Assembly (NCBI GenBank): GCA_020349025.1
Contig: CP070763.1
Coordinates: forward strand, 1,811,012 to 1,875,011
DNA from: Candidatus Latescibacterota bacterium
GTDB taxonomy: Bacteria > Krumholzibacteriota > Krumholzibacteriia > G020349025
Direction: 5' to 3'
Length of the DNA: 64,000 bases
Shown here: positions 17,321 to 30,732 of the stretch, piece after piece
How the letters are laid out: each line of letters begins with the position of its first letter
How positions within the stretch are numbered: the stretch's first letter is position 1
Translations under genes and position numbers: made by a program
The notes under the pieces: model-generated
What the model saw: the letters and a program-made list of their open reading frames with translations, nothing else
Databases searched by the model: none
What the model was told of the DNA's origin: nothing

Positions 17321-18376
17321 TCACAGCTGCGAGATGCCCGCGGCACGCGCCGCACGACCAGCCAGGTTGCGCGCCACGCGTGCCTCTTCGAGAGCCTGGC
17401 GCAGCTTCTCTTCGAGCCGCAGCGATCGCGCACGCTCCAGGTGCCTGTAGGCATTGTCGATGAAGCGCATCGCTTCGGCGTTTTCCAGCTCGCGAACTCG
17501 CGTGGCGACGTCGTCGACCACGGCCGCGGTGTTCTCGAGCACGGCGTCGACGTCGCTCGCGTCGAGAGGCTGCTCACTCTCGCGCATCACCCGCAGCAGC
17601 AACTCGCGCGCCTGGCGCAGCTGGCGCTCCGCCAGGAGCGGGCGGCCAGACGCCCAGCTCTGCTCGGCGCGCGCGATGAACTCTTCCGCGCGCTCGAGCT
17701 GGGTACGCGTCGGCCCGCTCTCCGCGGCCTCACTCTGAGCACGCTCGAGCAGGCGTTTGGCGTTCTCGAGCCTGCGTTCGAAGCGCCGTCGTGCCGTCGC
17801 AGATCCGAGACTCTGGAGAAGTCGCGTCGTCTCCTCGCACATGTGGATCGCTTCGCGGAAGCGGTGCTCGTGGAAGGCCTCGCGCGCTTGCTCGAGTCGC
17901 CGGTCGGCCATCTCGATGAGCTGCAGTGTCTGCTGGGAGGGGGAATCACCCAGGCGGTCGCGCGCGCTCTCCAGCGCGATGTCGAAGCGTTCCAGCTGGA
18001 GCCTGGCGCGTTGCTCGAGGCGCGCCTGCTGCGAGGCGATGGTCACGGCGCGTTGCGCCAGCACGCGGGCCCGTTGCGTGAGCTCGGCCGCCCGGCGGGC
18101 GTCGAAGAGGCTCGGTTGGCCCGACCCCGCCAGACGCCGGGCGTTCTCCTGGAGCTCGGACGCAAAGCGCAGCTGACGCTTCGCGCGCGGGTTGCCGTGC
18201 TCTTCCACGACACCCCGCGCGCGCTCGAGCACTCGGTCCGTGCTCTCGATCTCCTGGATGAGGCGGTCGTGATTCTGGGCATTCAGGCTCGCGGCGCTCG
18301 TCACCACGACCGCCAGCGTCAGCAGCAGGAGCTGCACGATGCGCTCTCGGGTCCCGAATACGCCCCGGGGGAGCAT
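17321..18376 (-). CDS. Hypothetical periplasmic all-alpha/coiled-coil protein
   Basis: A signal-peptide-like segment (LLLLTLAVVVTSAASLNA) follows the ATG at 18374-18376 and is followed by E/R/Q/L-rich helical repeats. The longer N-terminal extension to 18517 is unlikely. Confidence 0.5.
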   Translation of the reverse strand: MLPRGVFGTRERIVQLLLLTLAVVVTSAASLNAQNHDRLIQEIESTDRVLERARGVVEEHGNPRAKRQLRFASELQENARRLAGSGQPSLFDARRAAELTQRARVLAQRAVTIASQQARLEQRARLQLERFDIALESARDRLGDSPSQQTLQLIEMADRRLEQAREAFHEHRFREAIHMCEETTRLLQSLGSATARRRFERRLENAKRLLERAQSEAAESGPTRTQLERAEEFIARAEQSWASGRPLLAERQLRQARELLLRVMRESEQPLDASDVDAVLENTAAVVDDVATRVRELENAEAMRFIDNAYRHLERARSLRLEEKLRQALEEARVARNLAGRAARAAGISQL

Positions 18377-18460
18377 GGTCGTCTCCTTCGACTTCTCCGG
18401 GTGGTCCTCCCGACCTCGAATACATGGCCCTCGCATGCTCGCGACCGCCACCCGAGTGAG

Positions 18461-18476
18461 AGCAAGCGCCAGTCCA
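18461..18476 (-). promoter_or_regulatory. Candidate sigma54 promoter (minus strand TGGACTGGCGCTTGCT, GG-N10-GC) upstream of the coiled-coil/OMP/mce/cdo operon
   Basis: The reverse complement of plus 18461-18476 gives TGG at -24 and TTGCT at -12 with correct spacing, about 85 nt upstream of the start at 18376. Confidence 0.35.
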
Positions 18477-18573
18477 CACCTCGATGCGCGGCCTGGAGGG
18501 AAGGATCTTCTCTTCATTCAAGCACTTGCGGTCAGCCGCGGGGCGCCTCGACGCAGTCCACTCCGCGGCCGCC

Positions 18574-18591
18574 CTGTACGGTTTCGTACAG
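18574..18591. promoter_or_regulatory. Perfect inverted repeat CTGTACG-gttt-CGTACAG, a candidate enhancer (UAS) for the adjacent NtrC-type regulator
   Basis: An 18-bp dyad lies about 100 bp upstream of the candidate sigma54 promoter, in the 266-bp gap between the response-regulator gene and the operon. Confidence 0.35.
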
Positions 18592-18643
18592 GTTGACCCG
18601 CGTCGGTCGCGTGGGCGCGAAGCTCCGGCTCGGTGTGCGCCGG

Positions 18644-20014
<1,371 letters not shown>

Positions 20015-20037
20015 CTCCCGTCCTTCCACTCCGCTTG

Positions 20038-21375
20038 TTACACCATCGGCAAGCGGATGTCGATGCGCGCCCCGCCGGTGTCTGCAGTCTCGAGCGCCAC
20101 CGCACCGGCGTGTTGCTCGACGATGCGTCGCACGATCACCAGCCCCAGGCCGCTGCCACGCTCTTTGGTGGTGAAGAAGGGTTCGAAGACGCGTTCGCGC
20201 AGCGGCATCGGGATTCCGGGGCCGTTGTCGACAAAGCGGAGCGTGGCGTTTTCCGCGGCGCAATGCAGCGAGGCCTGGAGCACGCCCCCTTCCGGCATCG
20301 CCTGCAAGGCGTTCAGAACGACGTTCATGATCATCTGCTGCAGCTGTTGCGAGTCGCCCCGTACCATGCACGACTCGGGCAGCCCCACCTCGAGTCGGAC
20401 GCCGGCTGCTTCCAGCTCGGGTTGCATGAGCTTCAGCGTGCGCCGAATCACCTGCGTGAGCTCGAGCGGCTCGAGTCGCGCCGGCTCGTCACGGGCGAAG
20501 CCGAGGTAGCCGCCGAGGACCGCGTCGAGGCGATCGACCTCCTCCGCGATGTAGTCGAACTTCTCGTCCGGTGCGCTGGGATCTTCGTAGCGTTTCTTCA
20601 GACGCGACGCCGTCGCACGGATGATCCCGAGCGGGTTGCGGATTTCATGGGCGACACCCGCAGCCATCCGACCCATTGCAGCCAGCGTCTCCGACCGCTG
20701 CACCGCGGCCTCGGCGCGCGCCAGGCGTGACTGCACGCGCGCATGGAAGATCCCGATGGCGATCAGACCCACGACACTGATCGCCCCGACGAGCCACAGC
20801 GAATCGCGCTGGCGTCGCAGCCCGGCGAAGTAGGGTGCCCCAGCCTCGACGCCGACCGCGAACGGAATCTCCCCGGCGACGGGAGCGTACCCCGACATCA
20901 GGTACTCCTCCCCGGAGCGGTAGAGCGGGGTGTGTGCCGGCGAGCCGCTGAGCGCCGCGCGCACTTCGGCTCGGTAGAGCGGGTCATGCACCAGGGCGCC
21001 CTTGGGCACCGACGCGACGTCGACGAAGGCGTGTGCATCCGGATCGTAAAGCGTGATGTTGGCGAGGTTGGTCGCGTCTGCGATCTCGACCAGCTGCGCC
21101 CGCAGGAGCATCGAGGCGGAGTGGTCGCGATCGGGCGCGATTCGACTCGTTTCTTCCTCCACCTGCGAGTGCAGCAGCCACGCGTCCAAGAGAAGATCCG
21201 TGTCGAGCGTGGAGCCCAGCACCTGCGCGACGTTTTCGAGCCTGCGTGCGAGCTCCATCTCCAAGTTGCTGCGCGTGTTGCGATAAAGAAGCCACAGCGC
21301 CAGGTTCAGAATCACGATCGCCGCGGTGACGAACGCGACCAGAGCCGCCGTCCGCCGCGAGTGGATGGATGCCAT
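20038..21375 (-). CDS. Sensor histidine kinase (two TM helices, periplasmic sensor domain, HisKA + HATPase_c)
   Basis: H-box VAHEIRNPL, N box MNVVLNALQAM, and G boxes DNGPGIP and GSGLGL. ATG at 21373-21375. The gene sits 24 nt upstream of the regulator gene. Confidence 0.85.
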   Translation of the reverse strand: MASIHSRRTAALVAFVTAAIVILNLALWLLYRNTRSNLEMELARRLENVAQVLGSTLDTDLLLDAWLLHSQVEEETSRIAPDRDHSASMLLRAQLVEIADATNLANITLYDPDAHAFVDVASVPKGALVHDPLYRAEVRAALSGSPAHTPLYRSGEEYLMSGYAPVAGEIPFAVGVEAGAPYFAGLRRQRDSLWLVGAISVVGLIAIGIFHARVQSRLARAEAAVQRSETLAAMGRMAAGVAHEIRNPLGIIRATASRLKKRYEDPSAPDEKFDYIAEEVDRLDAVLGGYLGFARDEPARLEPLELTQVIRRTLKLMQPELEAAGVRLEVGLPESCMVRGDSQQLQQMIMNVVLNALQAMPEGGVLQASLHCAAENATLRFVDNGPGIPMPLRERVFEPFFTTKERGSGLGLVIVRRIVEQHAGAVALETADTGGARIDIRLPMV

Positions 21376-21583
21376 TCCAGGCCGCCCCGCCAAGTGGCCG
21401 CCGGCTCCCCGGGCGCCGCCAGCCGGTTGATGCCATCCCTTTGCAGACGCGATGCCTCGCGCGCCGATGTCGGCCGCGCAGCCTACGAATCTCGACTCTG
21501 GACAACAGACTTTACACGCCCCGCTCAAATACCGTAAGGTTTCTTTACTCCAAGAGAGCCGCGCCGCGCGAAAAGGTGTGCGG

Positions 21584-26104
<4,521 letters not shown>

Positions 26105-26160
26105 TTGCCACACAGACGGAGGGAATGCGGCACCGGGCCGCCCGCGTGGGTGAAAAGCCG

Positions 26161-26189
26161 TGGACGGGGCCGGTTGGGTGGCGTATAAT
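26161..26189 (+). promoter_or_regulatory. Candidate sigma70 promoter (TGGACG-N17-TATAAT) for the small secreted-protein gene
   Basis: -35 at 26161-26166 and -10 at 26184-26189. The GGGA RBS lies about 10 nt before the ATG at 26225. Confidence 0.3.
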
Positions 26190-26224
26190 TCGATCGGTTG
26201 CATCTATAAACAGGGATTCGTGGA

Positions 26225-26572
26225 ATGCGCAGATTCCTCTCCATCCTTGCGCTCGCGCTGGCGGTATCCGTCTCCTATGCGTTCGAGGCGTTCGAGGTCA
26301 CGAACGGCGACAAGCAGATCCGAGTCGAGAACGGGCAAACGATCGAGCTGACGGCGTCCGGGTTCAGCGCCGAAGTCGAGTTCGACGTGGTCACCCCCAC
26401 GCTCGTCACCGGCCGCGCGTCGTCCCTGGATGGCCGCGCTGGAACGCTCCTCATCCGCTGGATCAACCGAGGCATCGAAGAGCAGGTCGAGGTCATCCCC
26501 CAACAGCCAGACCAGCAGTTCGGGCTTGAAGGCGGCGACGGCGACAAACGCAGCATCGATGACGTTCAGTAG
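26225..26572 (+). CDS. Small secreted hypothetical protein (115 aa)
   Basis: Signal peptide MRRFLSILALALAVSVSYA. No recognisable domain. Confidence 0.45.
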   Translation: MRRFLSILALALAVSVSYAFEAFEVTNGDKQIRVENGQTIELTASGFSAEVEFDVVTPTLVTGRASSLDGRAGTLLIRWINRGIEEQVEVIPQQPDQQFGLEGGDGDKRSIDDVQ

Positions 26573-26594
26573 CACAGTTTCGGTCTTGCCCCGG

Positions 26595-26608
26595 TTCGTG
26601 TACACGAA
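26595..26608. promoter_or_regulatory. 14-bp perfect palindrome TTCGTGTACACGAA (candidate enhancer-binding site), followed by a T9 run at 26640-26648
   Basis: A perfect dyad about 160 bp upstream of the sigma54 promoter at 26764, in an unusually AT-richer, ORF-free segment. Confidence 0.35.
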
Positions 26609-26763
26609 TGCGGACGTCACTTTTCTTTCCTCTGTGTCATTTTTTTTTACGCAAAGACGTGGGAAGGCGTTCCACTCCTCACGAGCCTCTAACTTCTCTT
26701 CGTCTAATCTGTTTGTTTTCAAGTGCTTGTGTTCGCGGGCGAAGTGACGCTCCGAACCCCTCC

Positions 26764-26779
26764 TGGCACCACGATTGCA
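26764..26779 (+). promoter_or_regulatory. Sigma54 (RpoN) promoter, perfect consensus TGGCAC-cacga-TTGCA
   Basis: An exact match to the -24/-12 consensus in a 570-bp ORF-free region, immediately downstream of the giant sigma54 activator gene and 367 nt upstream of the next gene. Confidence 0.6.
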
Positions 26780-26859
26780 CAAGGGTTTGAGGTGCAACGA
26801 GCAACGGCGGAGAGCTCTCCGACGTCGGACGCGCTCCGGCTCCGGAGAGCGAAGGAATC

Positions 26860-26884
26860 GGTGAGGGGGTCAGGCCCCCTCACC
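26860..26884 (+). other. GC-rich perfect hairpin (GGTGAGGGGG-tcagg-CCCCCTCACC) in the transcribed leader, preceded by the palindromes GGAGAGCTCTCC (26809-26820) and CTCCGGAG (26840-26847)
   Basis: A 10-bp perfect stem with a 5-nt loop and no following T-run. It could be an attenuator, sRNA 3' end or RNA-binding-protein site, about 80-120 nt downstream of the sigma54 start. Confidence 0.35.
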
Positions 26885-27145
26885 GCGACCTGACCGCTCG
26901 GATCCGCACCCGAGACCTCACAACCGCTCGTTCTCCGCGGAAAAACTGAGGGTCGGTGTCGTCGGTCCGGCTGGAAGCAGGAGCGTTGCGCCTTGTAGCT
27001 CCCACACAAGGCGTTGGCCAGCTGGGCGGCAGAGGCGGCGACACCCGATGATGGGGCGCTTGCGAGGGCGCCCCATCGCTCTTGGGGCCGCGCGCCCATC
27101 CCTTCCCGGTTTGCAGAGCGCCCTGGAAGACTTAGGTTTGGCGTC

Positions 27146-29932
27146 ATGAACCTGGGTCGTCCGATCCGTATCGGCGCGGCGCTCCTCCCGCTGGTCGTTG
27201 GAAGCGCTGCCGCCACACCTCGCCTCGACGTCGAGGAGTGGCACATCAACCTCAAACCTGCCGTCTTTGCGCAGGATGAGTCTCCGCTCGCTCTGCGCAG
27301 CTACCCGCCCGACACGCTGGCGGTGGGCAGTCGACCCGAGCTCCCGGTCGTCTACGTGCCGGCGGTTCCAGAAATCGACGCTCGCATCGACGACTGGCCC
27401 GTGGTCCGCTGGCGCGATCTCCGCGGCCAGCGCACGCTCGTGCGCGGGGTCTGGAGCGGACCCGACGATGCCGCCGTGCGCTTCGCACTGTTGTGGACGC
27501 GTGCCGGGCTCGTGCTGGGCGCCTCGGTCGAGGACGATTCGCTGCAGGTCGCCCGCACTGGGGCGCTCGATGAGCGCGTCGACAGCATCCTCCTCTACGT
27601 GGGCTCCAGCTCTCCGGGCGTGCAGCGCTACTGGCGCGCGGCCGAACGCTCCGTGCGCGTGTGGAGTGACGGCCGCGTGCAGGCTTGGACGCGTCTGCGC
27701 AACCGCACTCCCGTTCTCTTCGACCCGCGCTCACTCGGAGTGCAGGCCGCGACGGTGGTGCGGCGACAAGCGGGGTCGACTGGGGGCGGCGTCGATTTCG
27801 AGCTCTTCATCCCGTGGGATCTCTTCTTTCCCGCCTTGCCCCACGACCAGGCGGGACTGTTGGTGAACGTCCTCTTCGAGGATGTCGATGGCGATGCGGA
27901 GAAGCTTCTCTCCTGGGCAACCCGACCGCGGCAGGGAGCCCTGCAACAGACGTGGGCCCGCCTGGAGTGCCGGCCGGGACCGCCGGACGGGACGTGGCTC
28001 GTTTCACTCGCATCGCGGCACGTCGAGCCGGGTCATCCGGCGGAATGGTCGCTCATGCGCTGGGGCGGGAATGCGGCCGCCACGCTCGAGGTGCGCGGGC
28101 AAGGAGCACAGAGCTGGGAGGCGCTGGAAACGACACTGCCGGCCGCTCCAGTGATCGTGCGTCTCTGGAACTTGCGGCCAGCGCAGCTGCCATGGTCACG
28201 CGCGCGACGACTCGAAGTGGAGCTGGGTGCGCACGGAGGGAAGGCGTGGCGTACTGAGACGTTGTATCTGGCGCCGAGCCTCGATGCGCTGGCCGACAGT
28301 GGGCTGGTGTCTGCGGCCGCGGCATCGGCGGAATCGCGCTTCCCGACTCCGGAGGACATCTCCGTACGACTGTGGAAGGTGGCGGCGGTCGTTCGTGATC
28401 TCAAACCGTGGTACCAGGTGCGCTACCACCACCTGGGCATTCTGGTGTCGCGCGCGGCCACTTGGGCGGCCGTCGAGCGCAGCCTGGCCGATGTGGAGCT
28501 TCTGCAGGACTACATGCAGAACACCGACTCCACCGATGTACGGCAACGTGTCGCGGCGCGCTGGCCTCAGCGGGCCGCGGAGGGCTACCCGTTGGGACAG
28601 GCGTTCGTGCGCGGCTATCGCTCGCAGCTCGACGACAGCGTGCAACCGTACGCGCTCTACGTCTCGCGCACTGCGGCCGCCGGAGAGGCCGCACCGCTTC
28701 TGGTCGTGCTGCGCGCCTATGGCGAGAGTGAGATGACACCGTTCGAAAAGACGTCGCTGGCGCAGCAGGTGGAGGCGCGCGGTTGGATCGCGTTGTCACC
28801 GTACGGCCGCGGCGATACTGGCTTTCAGTTGGCGGGGGAGCGCGATGTCTTGGAGGCGCTCGACCACGTGCGTTCTCAGTTCGCCGTCGATGACACACGC
28901 ATCTATCTGACGGGATACTCGATGGGTGGGACCGGAGCATGGATGCTCAGCTTGCGCCACGCGGATCTCTTCGCCGCGACCGCCGTTTTCTCCGGCTATG
29001 CCGACATGGATCAGGCTGGCCTGTACGAGGCGCTGGCCTATCATCCCTCGGAGCTCTTCTTCTACGAGACGCAAAACCCGGCTCGGCTCGTGCGTCCCGA
29101 GCTCGGCGCGGCCTACCGCATCGTGCACGCGGGCCACGACCCCTACGTCTCCGTCGTTCATGCGCGCATCATGGACGACCGCATGAACGAGTACGGTGTG
29201 GAGCACGAGCTCGTGATCCCGGAGACGGAGCTGCATGGCAGCGAGCTGTTCGAGCTCGAGCTGGAAACGACGCTGGACTGGCTGGCGAGCAAGCAGCGTG
29301 AGGCGCCGGGGCAGATGGACACGGCGTGGTTCGAGGGCAGTGGCGGGCCGGTCGCGACAGTGTTTCAGCGCGGAGCGTTTGCGGTCGTACCCGGCACGAT
29401 CGCGCTCCCCGACGGCACGACTCCGATCAGGCCGGAGAACCGCAAGGGGCAGCCGTTGACCGGCCCCGAGGCCGACGCGCGCGCCGCCGACCAGTTTGCC
29501 CAGGAGTGGAATGCACTCTTCTTCGGCTGGCCGCGGATCGTGCCGGACAGTGCGGTGACCCCGACGCTGCGCGACACCAAGAACCTGGTGGCGGTCGGCG
29601 ATCCGCGCAGCAACCAGCTCCTGGCAGCGGTGGCACCGGAGCTTCCCGTGCACTATTCGGGGGATCGTTTCGAGGTCGAGGGTCGCAGCTGGAGCTTCGC
29701 CGATGCAGGCATTCTCTACGCGGTTGCGAACCCGCTGGCACCGGACCGTACGCTCGTCGTTCTCTCCGGTATGCCGGAACGTCTCGGCGGCTTCACCAAA
29801 TCGTTGCTCAAGCTCGGAGCCGACTACGTGGTCACGAACGACCGCCATGAGATCGTGGCGATTGGACATTTCCGCGGCTTCGGCAGCGTGCGACCCCGTT
29901 CGCAGGAGCCGCGTCGCGACGGATCGCGCTGA
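27146..29932 (+). CDS. Secreted alpha/beta-hydrolase (S9/esterase-like, GYSMGG nucleophile elbow) with a roughly 550-aa N-terminal non-catalytic region
   Basis: Signal peptide MNLGRPIRIGAALLPLVVGSAAA. C-terminal hydrolase fold with GYSMGGTGAW and a following Asp/His region. ATG at 27146, in frame with the track ORF at 27014. Confidence 0.6.
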   Translation: MNLGRPIRIGAALLPLVVGSAAATPRLDVEEWHINLKPAVFAQDESPLALRSYPPDTLAVGSRPELPVVYVPAVPEIDARIDDWPVVRWRDLRGQRTLVRGVWSGPDDAAVRFALLWTRAGLVLGASVEDDSLQVARTGALDERVDSILLYVGSSSPGVQRYWRAAERSVRVWSDGRVQAWTRLRNRTPVLFDPRSLGVQAATVVRRQAGSTGGGVDFELFIPWDLFFPALPHDQAGLLVNVLFEDVDGDAEKLLSWATRPRQGALQQTWARLECRPGPPDGTWLVSLASRHVEPGHPAEWSLMRWGGNAAATLEVRGQGAQSWEALETTLPAAPVIVRLWNLRPAQLPWSRARRLEVELGAHGGKAWRTETLYLAPSLDALADSGLVSAAAASAESRFPTPEDISVRLWKVAAVVRDLKPWYQVRYHHLGILVSRAATWAAVERSLADVELLQDYMQNTDSTDVRQRVAARWPQRAAEGYPLGQAFVRGYRSQLDDSVQPYALYVSRTAAAGEAAPLLVVLRAYGESEMTPFEKTSLAQQVEARGWIALSPYGRGDTGFQLAGERDVLEALDHVRSQFAVDDTRIYLTGYSMGGTGAWMLSLRHADLFAATAVFSGYADMDQAGLYEALAYHPSELFFYETQNPARLVRPELGAAYRIVHAGHDPYVSVVHARIMDDRMNEYGVEHELVIPETELHGSELFELELETTLDWLASKQREAPGQMDTAWFEGSGGPVATVFQRGAFAVVPGTIALPDGTTPIRPENRKGQPLTGPEADARAADQFAQEWNALFFGWPRIVPDSAVTPTLRDTKNLVAVGDPRSNQLLAAVAPELPVHYSGDRFEVEGRSWSFADAGILYAVANPLAPDRTLVVLSGMPERLGGFTKSLLKLGADYVVTNDRHEIVAIGHFRGFGSVRPRSQEPRRDGSR

Positions 29933-29953
29933 GCGATCGGCGCAGTCGCGCAC

Positions 29954-30475
29954 TCAGCTGCGCAGCAGACGATCAGCGAGCATCAACGCACAGATCGACT
30001 TGGCGTCACGAAGCTCACCGCGCACACACATTTGCAAAGCACGCTCGAAGGACACTCTTTCGACGCTCAGCACCTCGTCGTCGTCCAGCCTCTGGCGCAC
30101 CGTTTCCAGCGACGTGGCCAGGTAGAGATGGATGACTTCGTCCGTGAACCCCGGCGTGGTGAAGATGCTGCCGAGCGCCTGCAGCGTGCCGGCGCGCACG
30201 CCTGCTTCCTCTTCGAGCTCGCGCAGCGCACAATGCTCCGGTTCCTCGCCCGGATCCAGCTTCCCCGCCGGCACCTCGTATATGAACCCGGACGCCGCCC
30301 GCCGGTACTGGCGGATCAGAAGCACGTCGCGCTCTTCGGTGAGCGGTACCACGGCCGCGGCGCCGGGATGCCGAATCATCTCGATTGTGGCGGGCTTGCC
30401 ATTGGGCAGCTCGAACGATTCGACGAACAGGCGCACGACTCGGCCGTTGTAGATCTCACGCACTTTCTCCGACAT
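29954..30475 (-). CDS. NUDIX hydrolase (ADP-ribose pyrophosphatase-like)
   Basis: Nudix box GKLDPGEEPEHCALRELEEEAGV. ATG at 30473-30475. The long upstream extension of the track ORF is non-coding-like. Confidence 0.75.
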   Translation of the reverse strand: MSEKVREIYNGRVVRLFVESFELPNGKPATIEMIRHPGAAAVVPLTEERDVLLIRQYRRAASGFIYEVPAGKLDPGEEPEHCALRELEEEAGVRAGTLQALGSIFTTPGFTDEVIHLYLATSLETVRQRLDDDEVLSVERVSFERALQMCVRGELRDAKSICALMLADRLLRS

Positions 30476-30732
30476 GGGACCTCCAAGTGAAACGTGCGAG
30501 CCCGGAACCATGAAGCGGCGCCGGGTGGTGGAGGAGCGGTTTAGCCGGACGCTTCTCCGCGCCCCTCCACGGCGCTCCGGCGCACGGCACCCGGCCTGCT
30601 CCGACCTCCGTATCTGCGCGACGGCCGGGTGACGCCGGCAAAACCGATCCTCCACCACCCGGCTCCTTTCGTGCACGCGTTCCGAAATCGCAAGCCGCGC
30701 AGCAGGGTGGGGCGAGCCGACGCCGCTCGCCA

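Noticed and set aside
26105-26224. Possible sigma54 promoter directly upstream of the small secreted-protein gene (TGGCGT...TTGCA)
   Set aside because: The spacing between the GG and GC elements is 18 nt, not 10. A sigma70-like TGGACG-N17-TATAAT fits better.
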